This document shows positions 11,560 to 24,455 of a DNA stretch of 64,000 nucleotides, piece after piece. Origin of the DNA: Botryllus schlosseri (Eukaryota); the NCBI GenBank assembly GCA_051294905.1, contig CM119371.1, forward strand, positions 21,640,001 through 21,704,000, in the 5' to 3' direction. Every line of letters starts with the position of its first letter. The stretch's first letter is position 1. Under the pieces are notes generated by a model. That model made no database searches. It was not told the DNA's origin and worked only from the letters and a program-made list of their open reading frames with translations. Both the position numbers and the translations under genes were made by a program.

Positions 11560-12410
11560 TCATTTCGATATGAATATATACTATTCAATAGTTTTTTCAT
11601 GTAAAAATTTGCCAGTTTTTGTGCCCAAAACGTTTTTTCAGGCCAATCTACTTTGTAAGGACAGACAGTTTCAACCAGAAATGAAGATAAGTAGTACAAT
11701 TTTGACATTATGTGCGAAAACACCTAATTTGCATACGTAAGGCCAAAATTTGGTCAAATTTCGGTTTTTTAGGTCAAAAAATGTCAAAATTTAGATTTTT
11801 TAGGTCAAAATCTTCCCTTTTTTAGGTAAAAAAAAAATCGCCCTACTCATCAGGGTTAATCATCAGCAACTAATGGAACATTCAAAAGAATATTGTATAC
11901 CAAATGTATGTCGGAAAATATCTATAAGTTCCCGAAAAGCTGTGAAATTCACATGACATTCCATCGCCGGCCACAGAGCCGCATGGCCGTTTGAAATGCG
12001 GTCATTTCACCTGTTGTTTTAATTCTCCTGTCAGTACTGAACACCATGACCTAGTACCTGGAAGAAACAATTAGGGCATCAAAGAAACAATAAAATGGGG
12101 AAAATCCTCTATAAATTCCATAAAAGCTAAAAGCTGTTAAATTCACATAACATTCTGCGGCCAGCCACAGCCCAGCTCGCTGTGGCCGTTACTCATCCGT
12201 TCTGATAACTTTTTTTTTCAACCATAGGGTAGAGTTGCAACCGACTGCATAGCTAGTTATATTGTATGGAGCTGAATAGTTGCGATTTCAATACTGATGG
12301 GCTGATGAATTCGCTCAACACTTGCATAAGCGCCTTTGCATTCTGTCGATGAAAACACGACATGTAGGCTTCAGCCGTTTCCTTCACAATGAAGCAGTCA
12401 TGCTGTAAAA

Positions 12411-13114
12411 CAGGGCCGGCCAACCCGTGGCCCGCGGGCCATATGTGGCCCGCGAGAAGGTTTTGAGTGGCCCGCGAGGAAATTTCCGAAATTTCTAATA
12501 TCAAAAATGAATTGCACAGATTGTGAGCTTGTGAGGCCAACCAAAAATTTGATTAGTCTGGCCGCAACACTTGAGATGTGATGACTAAAATATCTGTTCC
12601 GACGTATTGGCAGATCCATGAGCCAGTCACATATTGATAGATCTTCGTACAGTACAATAAAGCAGAATAATTTGTGATAGATTTATTAAAAGTAAAACTT
12701 TTCTACACGCTTCGCGCAACATGTTATCACTCGATTTCTTGCTTTTAATATTGTTGCCCCTTTGTGAAAATGAAAGAACGCCTAATGCATTCGCGATTAC
12801 GAGACAGAGTGTCGTTCAACATATGCAATTTGCGTTTGCACTCGCAGAAAGACCGTCGACTATGGAACCTAGGCACAACATATTGGCGCATGTTGGCCGA
12901 AACTTTCGATATCCATATGTCCAGATGCCAATAGCGAATGGCCCAGTCCTAGCAAACTGAGTCCAGCGATATAAGCAGGCCCGCAATATAGTCAGGTGAC
13001 AATATTATTGACCTGTGAACTTCAAAAAGATTTCGCGCTTCGCGCGGCTAGTGGCCCGCGCAACAGTTCGTCAATCGAATGTGGCCCTTTGGCTGAAAAG
13101 GTTGGCCAGCCCTG
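12411..13114. mobile_element. hAT-Charlie-type MITE
   Basis: TIR cagggcYggccaacc; TSD ctgtaaaa (12403-10, 13115-22); second copy at 45930-46651. Confidence 0.92.
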
Positions 13115-13528
13115 CTGTAAAAGCTTCTGTGAAGCAGGTGTTGTTTGTTCATCATGTATTTCGTACCTCAACATGTCCTGAATTAATCTTAAATCATCAC
13201 CTGCCAAACTACTAACAATGCGCACTCAGAATCCCCGCCGGTAGCAGACTTCTTGAACACCTGATCAGCAAGCTGCTGCTGCCGTGGTCATTGAAGCATA
13301 GCCGATTAGCCAATCAAGAGCCGTGGTTATTTGATTACTAGTCTTCTCGCCGTTCTATGGTCAGTGGCACGCCCATTCTTGAGCAGCTACTTTCAAATGC
13401 TTTGACCGAAATCTTAACGACTTTCCTGTAAGCTTCTTTCAGGCTAATTGTTTTTTTTTTTATCAATAATCTATAGAATGAGACACAATCACGGAGACTT
13501 TTTGAGATTTTCCAAATTTTGGACAACC

Positions 13529-14150
13529 CTAATATACAATCAATTGCGCGTCATCTGAAATATTTGTCGTTTCATCAAGCTGTATGCCATAGGCAGTGGC
13601 ATTCTTAAGCTTTACAATTACAACTAGTTGTTTCAGCAGATCCTGAGAAATATCATCGCTTCTCCGTTTAACTGTAGCGTCTGATAATGGAACGGCTCTT
13701 ACTTTCCTGAGAGCTTTTTCACCTCCATGCAAATGGTCAGCTGCGATTTCAAGACAAGGAAGAACTGCGGACTCCAACTCTGTGAATGGCCGCTTTTTTT
13801 CAGTAGAACATGAGTCATTTTAAGGGAAACGATCGCTAATTCTTTTTTCACTTATTTTACTTCGTTTTCAAAGCAAGAAACTTGCTTCTGTTGATGACGC
13901 AGAGATACCTCAAAAAATGCATTTGATTTGTTTTGGTGACTAGGATGTTGTGTTTTTAAATGTTTGTTTAGATGCACCGAACCAGGTTACTATTACTAAG
14001 GACGACAGGACAAAACAAACAGCGTGCTGACGGATAAGGGTTCAGCATTTCTTCTTTTGTGCGATAAAATCCATACCTGATGTAATCATCATTCCATTTG
14101 CGTTTCTTGACGGCACCGGACATTTTCTTTCGAATGGTTTTCGTTGAATC
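13529..14150 (-). pseudogene. hAT Buster/Charlie (ZBED5/SCAND3/FAM200-like) transposase fragment
   Basis: VPLSDATVKRRSDDISQDL..YGIQLDETTNISDDAQLIVY; upstream KRKWNDDYIRYGF and a BED-finger-like CLFC..HLKTQHP. Confidence 0.85.
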
Positions 14151-16709
14151 AGATCTCTGCTGCTGTAAGTTGCTGGTGATACTTTCAGGACACTGTTCTG
14201 CATTTTTCTCAGTATATGTTTCACCAACATTGCCTGGCTTGCGTGATTAAATAGAATTATCATTTTCACTTACGCTGGGCTTCGTGAAGAACTTACGTAT
14301 GTCCATGTTTATTTAAATTGGGGCAAACAACCACGTGAACACGGCAACCGCTGTAATCTATTTCAAATTTACCAATATAGTTAAGTACACGCCTAAAGGA
14401 TGACAATACCTGGATCACACAATATTACTCGTGTTGGAGAACTGACGTTATAAAACGTCCACATTCACACGCTATGATAAAATTTCAGCGAGTTCCGCTG
14501 CGCTGTTATTTCGCGAGTTCGAGATCTCCGGGTAATACGCAACGTATTCACTATTCGCCAATGCCCTGGCCAGGCATTAGCGGTTGTCAATCACTCCATT
14601 TCGCGAACGAATAAGTACACCACCTCCGCGACGACGAATTATTTTCACGAATCAAAATTTACGAGTCTGATCTGCAATTCTAGCAACTTCAGATGATTCA
14701 GATATTTCCCATCTATTGATATCTCGACCCTTGACACACCTATTCTGATCTCTATGTTTTATTAATAGCTCAAATCAAGTACGGGACTCAGAATCTATTT
14801 GCAGCCAGTTAGGCCGCCCGCCACGCAAATTGAAATTTATTTCGTGTCAGCCCAAAAACAGCATGACATTACGAACGATGAGAGAGTAGGTAAAGCTACC
14901 TGCTGCAGAAGCGTTAATTCAGACCAGCGAAGATAGCAGGCACACAAGCCTACTGCGTATCAGGCCTGCCCCACACAAAGTCGATAGTAGCACACGGGCT
15001 GCAAGAGATGTCAGTAACCTCAGATCGCATGTCGCTATACACTGTCGTTTGTCGCTAATTTGCACCACTAATAACAAAATGCTATATTGCAAATGTATGG
15101 CGAAATATTGGACATAAAATCGGCGTTTTAAAACAATAGGATTTCGATCTCAACAAGGAAGCTGCTTCGACCCTGGCTGGCTACGTCAGTTCATTTATGT
15201 GCATTGCAGTATTTATTAACGTCGGGAAGGAAGCACCGATTCAAGAAGTCTGAGCTGTCGCGGCGGTTTCCCCAAGAATCACTAAAAGACAAATCTCTAG
15301 CTAGCTGAACCAGACATGGGGTAATCGCGATTAGTAATCGTAATCGATTACGACGATTACAGCATTTTGAAGTAATCGTAATCGCAATCGATTACATTCG
15401 AAAAAAATCCGAAGTAATCGTAATCGTAATCGACTACTTCCCGTATCTAATCGATTTTTCTGTGAAAGAACGATTACTTTTTGTTTGTACAAGGACTATG
15501 ACATAAACTGAATGTTCGTGAACAAGAATGAGATAATATACCACGTTAGCGATAGCACAAACGTCTGTTTTCAAACGTCACTACTCATTATTACGTCAGA
15601 AGTATCAGCTCAGCTCGTCATTGCGTAAGAAGTATCCACACATAGTAAACAGACATGCGACGGACATTGTAGTGTGATTGTATGAACACCCCCGTGGTGT
15701 ATATCAGGTTATCAATGCACTACAGAAGCCCCTACCGCGCAGCAGGATATTGATCACCACTCTGCCTATAGTTTCAAATAGTAACTTATGTATTGATGTT
15801 TGGTTGTGCTTATAGTTAAACGCAGTTTACCGTTGCTACTTGGCGAGCAGGAGGCCTACGTAATACGCACGTGCACCTGACGAAGATTCGGAATTTTGTA
15901 CTCGTCGAATAAAACATTGCAGTTTCCACAACGAAGCATTACAAATAAACAGCTGCTGATATATATCATAACCGAGTCGTGCTTAGCCGTTTCTCGTAAC
16001 AGCAGCTCCCAGTATATGTATTAAGTTGAAGGCAGAATTTTTATGTTCACTCTTATTCTCATATAACTACTTGAAAAGGGCGTCAATCGTTATTTCACAG
16101 CTGGTTACTAAGCATTTGGACCTGCCGCCATAACGATCCGCTTATATAGCCTGACATGTTAGCGTGGGTTGTAGCTAGAATCAGAACCAAAACAGCAATT
16201 CGTCCCCCAGTCCGACCGTTGGTCAATTTTCAAAACTGAATTTCGTCAATAATATTGGTAATTGCATTATATTATTATTCATTTATAACCATTCTCAGCC
16301 CCGAGTGTCAGATTTACCTGTAGATCTGAGGCACGTAATTCATTAATCTAGTATCTGGTATGATGTCATAATTACTTTATTGTATGTTGTTAACTCGCGA
16401 CCTCCAGTCTGTTGTATAATCAAAAGATATTGTATTCGCCCAAACGTAGCAGACTAAAAGAATATCTTTCGTGAGACGCACACACAAATTGTCATGGCTT
16501 TATTCCTTCAAGTATGCGCCGGGTGGCATTTGTATTGTGGGCCCAGATTGGAAGGACAGGAGTTATTAGTCACGCCCACCCTTTTGGTGTGTTGTGGGAT
16601 CGTGGCGGGGTAATGACCGGCTCCGAAATGCCTGTTCCCATAAAATAGCCTGTGCATTTTTTTCTTGGGGGGAAGAGGTAGGCATTTCAAACCCAGCTAT
16701 CTACTGGAG

Positions 16710-17180
16710 CAGGGGTCACCAACCGTTTTGAAACAAAAAGCTACTTCTTGTATAGTGTGTACTGATTATTGCGACGACCGACGGGTTACCACTTACTCCC
16801 GCCGTTTATTCGTGTTCAGTTGGATTTCTTCACTTAGAGTTCACCTAGGCCGGGTTTCCGTCCCTTACCAAGAACAAAAAACGCTCACTCGCCGGGACTC
16901 ACACCAACTCCTTCGGGCTCAGTTGCGTTGCTGCAGTGCGCGCCGAAGTGCCAATCTTCGCGTCGAAACTCGGGAATATTAACTATAGATTCCAGCTGAG
17001 CCGCCGCGTGGGCGAAGACGAGCAATTTCCCGAGCGACTGCGTTCGTATGTTTCTTGGGGTCGGCCGCCCCATGTTCAACTGCTGCTCATATGAAACCAG
17101 CTTCAACTTTCAAATCTCTCATTTGGATAGTTGCTACAGCGACCGCGGGCGACTCATTTGGTCCGCGTTGGGGACCCATG
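16710..17180. mobile_element. hAT-Charlie-type MITE with a GC-richer internal insert
   Basis: caggggtcaccaac/gttggggacccatg; TSD tactggag/tactagag (7/8). Confidence 0.7.
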
Positions 17181-17392
17181 TACTAGAGACATTTGAATCG
17201 CAAAGCTCGAAGAACATATTCAAGAATAAATTCAATTCTCGAAAATACTCTATAATTTATGTTGGTTTACGAAATACTTTTGATTCCCCTTCGAGCACGC
17301 TCCCCACCCTATTAAGGAATTCGGGGTGCGGCAGGTAAAGACCTGGCAATCATGCAAACCCCCTATAAAGTTGGGCAATTGGTATATTATGA

Positions 17393-20300
17393 CCCAGCAA
17401 ACACATAATTGCCTAGGGCTATCCAAGCAGTGTCCGAGTGTCCCAGTGTCCGGTTGGACAGACGTGGGCTAATACTTGGCTATCCACGTTGGAAAATGTC
17501 CGGTTCGGATATCCTAGGACATACATACAGAAAATCATTTCGGATAGTCCACTAAAAGTCCCAATTCAATTTCCAATGGATATCATAATCTGACAGTGTG
17601 CGGATATTTCCATGTTGTATCAGCTAAAAAGTCAACCACTCAAGTTCTTGCTGATAAGGGCACATATTTCATCCTTTCAAAATGTTCCAAGAGTACAGTT
17701 CGAAAGAAAATCGCACGTTTACACATCGATATTCGGGATAGTCCACTGAAAGCGCGAATCAGAATTCCAATGGATATCATATTCGGACAGTGTGAGGATA
17801 GCTCCATTTTGTTTCAGCTATAAAGTCAACCTCTCATTAACTCCCGACGCTGATATGCACAAATTGCACACATTCAGTATTTCAAAATATTTCAATAGAA
17901 TTTGAAGGAAAATCGTCACTGGACGTGATTCTTCATAGCGACGTCACGTAACCGGATTATGCATGCTGGCATTGAACGGTCAATATTCACTGTCGGGCCT
18001 ACATTTCAAGCTTTTAAACATTGCCATTTCTGTGCCCTTTTAGCTGTCGTGTTACTGTTTGTTCCTGCGGTGAACATTCGCAATTCCGAAAGATGTTACG
18101 AACTTTTCGCGTGCGTCATGCCGTGAGATGTTTAGCGTTTTTCTCTTGAATGCGTTCAATGGGTCGGCAGAAATGGCGACTGCGCACAGTGAATCTGACT
18201 TGATCGCCATATAATTTACAGGGATTATATGCTGGTATATTGAATAGTTAATGGTATACTCTATTATCGACTTCGATAATGGTACATTCTCTTTCGTACT
18301 TTTATTTCGAGCATGTAATAAACTTTACAATTTGACAATTACAATTTTTGTACCTCATAATGTTTTACCGATGTTATATAGCTAAGTGATGTTACCCCAC
18401 TGAATACCACTCAACGATTGACGAGCTTTCCTCGTGCGTCGCGCCATGCCTGAAGTGAATGAGATCATTAGCCTTTTTCATCCATATGCGCAGTGGCGCA
18501 TTGCGCAGCGAGCCCAGTTCACGTGATTCAAATTTTCGTCTGGGAAGTTTGAACCGTGATTCTTTGAAGTGAATTGTTGTCAGCGGCGAGAAGCATTTTC
18601 GACATTTGCTGTGTGCCACTTAGCTCGGTGATTACCTAACCATAACCACTGGTTGTAGCAGTGTAGTCAGTCAATGATAATGATACGGTTATAGTCAGAA
18701 GTGGCGTATGTGCACAACGAAAATGCGCTTGGTTATTGAATCCCTATATAGTATTAAAGAGCTATTATGACGGATGTTCGGTATAGGTAGGTAGGTAGGT
18801 TTAGAGTTGATACTGTTATAGTACGTCCTTTTATTGTAACCAAACCTGATTTCTTGATCAACATAAGGTAAGAGTCACTGTTTTGTGGTACAGAAACACT
18901 TGACTGACCGCAAGCTATCAGAATTTTTGAATTAGACCCGTAACCCAAATTGAGTGATAGACATCCCTACTCAAGAGTCGTGGTTGCTGGTATTTCAATC
19001 ATGATATTAATGCTTGGCTTCCAAATTGTATTATTGAAGTACCGATATTCAATTCTACCCAGCCCTATATATATATGGTTTGAGTACTATATTGCAATAC
19101 TAACTTGGATAGCTCGGGATCGGATGCGGGGAAAAGACGACGGATACGAAGATCTACGAAATATGATTCCGATTCAAGGTCTGATTCGGGTGGTCACGAG
19201 AAGATTCAAAGAAAACGCACATGTTCCACTGATACCAGTGATACTGATCTTGCTGAAGCTGAGGCGAAACAGTTCGAAAAGAAATCTCAGCATCTTGAAG
19301 AAAAATGAAGGAAGAAATCTGCCAGTAATGTCGTGATTTTACGGACAGTGCATCACCAATTTACCAAATGCAGGTTAGAGCTTAATTCCTCCATGTCGTA
19401 TCAAAACGGCAAGAAATCTGCAGTTATGACCGTTTGATTTGTAAAAAATTATTTAACTCTTAAATATAGTCTAGAAAGCTGAGCTGGGTACCGTATGTAA
19501 GTTATGAATTATTTGAAATTTTTTATGCTCAGCTCATGCAATGATGACTGTAGAAACTTCCAATTTGATAACTCAACATTAATGTTAGAGCAGGCGACCA
19601 GAACAAACAATTTAATTACACGGGTCTCAATCGAAAGCTACTTTCGCACTGACTCCGAAAAATGAAATTAAAATCTGGTCCGGGCACTGGAACGGCCCGG
19701 AAATCGCCCTCGAAGGGTCAAAGTCGGTATTGTTTCTATCAATGGTAATGTCGGTAGACAATGACCGTTCAATGTCTCGTACTGATTGTGACATCATTGG
19801 GCGCCCTGGCGAAGTCGCTTGCCGTGTTCCCCGTGATTCTCAGACTCAGAGTATAGCGCGTCGTATCAATCGCTGTAGCGCGAATAAGTCGTAATGTGAA
19901 TAGTTTGTGTATTTTATGCGTCGTCGCGCATTCAAAAATATGGATAAATATAAATTATAGCACAAAAGCCTGAACATATATACCATATCGTAGAATAAGT
20001 AGCCTACAGATGATAGCAGACGAAAAAGCACGCATCCGAGGCCTACGATACGAATATTGTAGGCCTCGCCTGGCGCATCTAATCAGTAATTCACCAACTT
20101 GAACACAGCACAATGGGTCGGAACCTAGTCTGACAACACGACAAATGCATGTCGAAATCCCGGGTTACAATTTATTGGGGCGTTTCAAGCATTAGTTTGT
20201 CGCCGCCTAGGAAGCTGCGTATTCAATTATTTGCGTGTGTATCGGTTAATGGTAAATTGTTGGCATTTACGCGATATCACGGACTTGCTCATTGACAGCG

Positions 20301-22852
20301 CTGATGTCGTATCGAAATGACTAGACAATAGAGATATACGAAAATTTGAAATCGCAGACGGCGGGCGTTTCAGCAGATTGAATGGGGTGCCACCCCGTAA
20401 CTCGGCGCCTATGACCATGATCATACTCATATATTTACCTATGTGTCAGTTTTTTTTTTCATTTTCGTGGTCGTTAATATTAGTGTGAAAAGTAGTTTAT
20501 TTGCAAAGTATATCACCATTATTTGAACGTGTCTATTAGCTATTTCAATGAAGTCTACTAATTTCCAGCTAATCCGTGTCATATCTTTTATTCGTCAACT
20601 GGCGATGTCTTCATCCAAACTCTACCATAGGCCCCTGTAAAGATGGAAATGAGTGAGAAAAAGCATCCCTACATCTTAGGCATTTTTGATCATGTCGGAG
20701 TGGTGAAATTTTCCACCGTAAATACTATTATTTGAAAAATGATGGAAATTTCTAATTGGATGACCTCAGCATCTGCGAATTGAAATGAGTCAAATTTTTT
20801 GTGCAAGGTATTTTAGGTAACCTAATGATTTGCCAGCTAAGCCAATCAAATTTGAAAAAAGTTTTTTTTTAACACCCCTAGTGTCCACTGTTCAATAATG
20901 ATCATAAATTTTAATATTCATGATTTGTGAGTTTATGCATAGTATGCTGTAATTTGTCAGTGTTTGAATGAATTTTGCAAGGCGTTCGGAATTGGTAGCA
21001 TTTTGAAGGATCGTTTCATGTTCGCTTGTAATGATTTTCTTGCTAATTATTTTAGGACAAGAATGCAGAACAAGTCCATATCCTGTCTCAGTCTTACGCA
21101 GACAAGGAAGAGGATGCAGTATAAAGTCATTTCCCTCATACCAGCTTTTCACCTCGTTGCAAGTTGAACCTGTATGAAGATTGAAGATATTTCCAGCTAG
21201 AGAGATTGTTGGTTGCAAGTGTGCATTGCTTGCTGTGGAATTTTTTACAAGTTACAGTTGAATCTGCTGATTATTATTTTCATCCGCTCTAGACACGGTA
21301 TATACGATCAAAAAGGGGTGAAAGTGAGTCATCCTTGCTGCTCAAGTAAAGGTGGATCTGAAATTGTGACTACTTGAGTACTTTCCAAAAGTAGAACGAG
21401 TCGCACACTTGCAGGTTACTGCAGTTGGTAGAGGCCGCTTTCAAAATTGCAGTATGTACGCGAAAAATATATAATGGCACTCCAATTATAGTGCGATTTC
21501 TAAATTGCATTCATTATTTACTACATTATAGGGGCTATCTAACTGGTTATGTCTGAAGAGTAAGTAGTAAGTAGAAGTAGTAAAAAAACATACAGTACAA
21601 GTAGGCGAAACCTGAGTAGAAGTGCTTTGTTTGTTCTACTGCACCTTGCTCAATGTGTGACAGATCTGCGCATAGAGGATGTCGTAACGAGCAATTGACC
21701 AGAATAAAACATCCTATTTTTTTTGTATCTCTATTCGTATTACCTCTTCACCTTCAAAACTTGCCATCTTGATTCTTAAATATCAACGTCGGATATTTCC
21801 CTAGTGTGCAACGGTGCATGTCTTTTTACTGTCATTGAAGAACTTCAACCTGCCACTTTGAATTTTTCTTCCTATGGTATTCTCATCTAGTGAACGTAAT
21901 TTTGCAACTTGATTTGACAGTTGTTGCTTCGACTCGATGCTGTGCTTTTTTAACTGCACTGCAATTTTGAATGTATCGCTATGTCTTGTTGGCATAATGA
22001 TTTTCAAAACTTGCCAACCTCTGTGTTTTTCTGATACATTTGTGTATGTGCATGTGTAATGCAGTGCGTGTCTTGTTTTATTCTCATAGGCAGAATTCTA
22101 GGTAATTGCTCCGACCTATCATAATTTTTCAACACTTGTCCGTGTGTCGTATTCTCTAATCCTTCCAGTGTGCATGCTTCTTGACCTTGATTGATTGACA
22201 ATTGTTGCTTTGACTCAATGCTGTGCTTTACTTTGCTGCAGTTTTTATTATTGCCTATAATGATTTTCAAAACTTGCCAACCTCTTGTATTTCTGATAAG
22301 TTGTGTATGTGTGGTATTCTGTAATCCTCCCAGTGTACATACTTCGTAGTCATCCTATTTTTAGCCTTCGGATTGATTAATTGATCGACTGCTTGTGATA
22401 TTTTTGAGTCCACCTGTTGCTTTATTGTATGTCTTGAACTAGAGTGAGTGATTGATTTTGACGTGATTTACAGCCGTTGTTAATTTTATTCGTTGCTGCT
22501 TAGTTTTTATTGTTGACAATTTGATAATATAAGCTTTTTGCCTGAAAATCAATCTTGTGTAAGTGTATTTGTGCGTCGCCTAACCTGTGGTAAGGAAATA
22601 TGCAGGTCCAGGAGCTAGCTAGTATTCAGAGGGTTGATCAGTGGATAGTCTATGGATATCGGTCCCAACCGGACTTTGTCCCTACAGTGGCCAGGAAGTG
22701 ACTCAGAAATGACTTGATGGATGGTCAGTGGTCACCCACTGGATAACACCAGGAGTCGACACGCTCAGTGCAACCGGATGGCACTAGGGTGAATCTGGGC
22801 CAAATGACAAGTTATCCGACGGATATCCGCTTGCCGTAATGTGTTTGCTGGG
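17393..22852. mobile_element. CACTA/EnSpm-type element (CCCAG terminus), 5.5 kb
   Basis: TIR cccagcaaacacat; 2-bp TSD GA; ggata/tatcc subterminal repeats; the empty site is visible in the sister hAT end near 30090-30130. Confidence 0.85.
21755..22340. repeat. Diverged tandem repeat, ~255-bp unit
   Basis: caaaacttgcca recurs near 21755, 22005 and 22268 with shared downstream sequence. Confidence 0.7.
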
Positions 22853-23320
22853 GACTTAATAAGAAAATGACGCATGATGTATGAAGAGAGTTGATATCTC
22901 ATTAAGCCTTTTCATCGCAATCCTTGTATTGTCTTCCAATATATCATTTAAGATTATAGTCCTAAGAAGCAAAACAAATGTAATCGTGAGTAATCGTGAT
23001 TACTTTTCCAATGTAATCGTAATCGTAATCGACTACTTCCTGATTTTGCTGTAATCGTAATCGTAATCGTAATCGCGTGATTCTGAAGTAATCGTAATCG
23101 CAATCGATTACATTCCTGAAGTAATCACCCCATGTCTGAGCTGAACACATGTTTACTACATCCTTTCCAACGCCGAACGGAACCATTGGTCAATTGCAGA
23201 CGGCTAAATGAATGGGAGAAATATTTGCTTATGACATCACAATCTAGCGGTGCTCAGTTTTACACTTGAGATAAACATCGCACCATATTGCTCATTAACC
23301 TGTGCGTCAACCTGTAATGA

Positions 23321-23695
23321 TATGGGGAAGCGAGTGGCGCAGTTGGTTACGCACTGCAGTCACGACAACAATGGATGTGGTTTCGAATCCCGGTTCTGAC
23401 CAACATCTACGTGTCGGAGGTTTCTCCTCATCGCCGATCCCACTACTACGGTAGTGCGTTGAAAAGCCCAGGACGACAGTGAGCCGTGCTACAAGTCGGC
23501 AGCTGAGACAACGGTGGGGGCGCGTGGTAGTGAGGGTGACCGAAGATTGACTGGGAGAAGAGAATGAAAGCCGTTCCCAAGATTACGAAAGGCAAAGACA
23601 CTATGAACATTATCACAATTCATGTCGTGGCAGCACATAGCTTGAAATAAGCGATAAGCGCCACTGTGTTGTACCAATAATAATAATAATTATAA
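23321..23695 (+). mobile_element. tRNA-derived SINE with (AAT)n tail
   Basis: A box gtggcgcagttgg; B box gtttcgaatccc; 12-bp TSD aacctgtaatga (23309-20, 23696-707). Confidence 0.85.
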
Positions 23696-24455
23696 AACCT
23701 GTAATGACGCCTTTGTGATAGCTCATTGTAATTCGATCTGGTACACCCCTGTACGCCCCATCCGAGTGGTACACCCTTTGTAAATCGACAACCCCGGTTG
23801 AAGAGCACTGTTGTAAAGCACATCTGGTCCCCCATGCCTCGCTGAGTGCGTTTTGTGAATAGCATGTATTTGACCATTTGAATTATCTACTTGTATGGTT
23901 GAATGATTGTAATCATATTTTCATTTGTGTTACATGTATTGAAATTGGTAACGAACGAACAAACATTCTGAAGCAAAATAGCTAGAAAAGCGGGAAGACG
24001 GGTGGGAAGCAGTTTATCTTTTCGTTTGAACCAAGTGCTTGCGTGATGGAGATGCGAAGAAACTGCAAGGCTATCTAGTCGGCACCATCATTTGATTTCT
24101 ATACGAAACGTCAGTGCATATAGTGCGCCGAGCAGAGTAGCTTTAGCAGACAGTTTTAATATCAAGTCGCTGGTCCGACCGAGGAATATGTACGACGTAT
24201 TAACATGCTGTAGCGCTGCCATCCGAAGGATTCAGCAAGAGCAACTTGTGTTTCGATGGTAGTTTACAAAGGCACCTTCCTAAAGTGAATTTGGAATGTT
24301 CAGAGGAAATTAAATTCGCTTCTACAAAGAACACACAATAAAGATAAATAGGTGTATTGCAGTTGTAATTTAAAACCTAGCCCATAATTATACTAAATAA
24401 CATTGAAGTTAAACGAATAACTGACGGTAAAAACGTGCGGTATTAATGGAAGCCG

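Larger units (their letters stand above)
11347..11589. repeat. Inverted repeat, ~110-bp arms, ~21-bp spacer, each arm holding a hammerhead motif
   Basis: 11347-11456 is the reverse complement of 11478-11589 with a few mismatches. Confidence 0.9.
10663..11845. mobile_element. hAT MITE
   Basis: TIR tagggcgattttttttt; TSD ctcatcag (10655-62, 11846-53); subterminal gtcaaa repeats at both ends. Confidence 0.92.
15311..23138. mobile_element. Non-autonomous hAT with (GTAATC)n subterminal arrays; hosts a MITE and a CACTA element
   Basis: TIR cagacatggggt; TSD agctgaac (15303-10, 23139-46). Confidence 0.9.

Noticed and set aside
15320..15480. (GTAATC)n arrays as telomeric or CRISPR-like repeats (also 22980-23130, 29850-30000, 55640-55790)
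   Set aside because: They always lie just inside the cagacatggggt TIR, so they are hAT subterminal repeats; there are no spacers or cas genes.
23324..23400. tRNA gene
   Set aside because: No proper cloverleaf; it is followed by a SINE body, tail and TSD.
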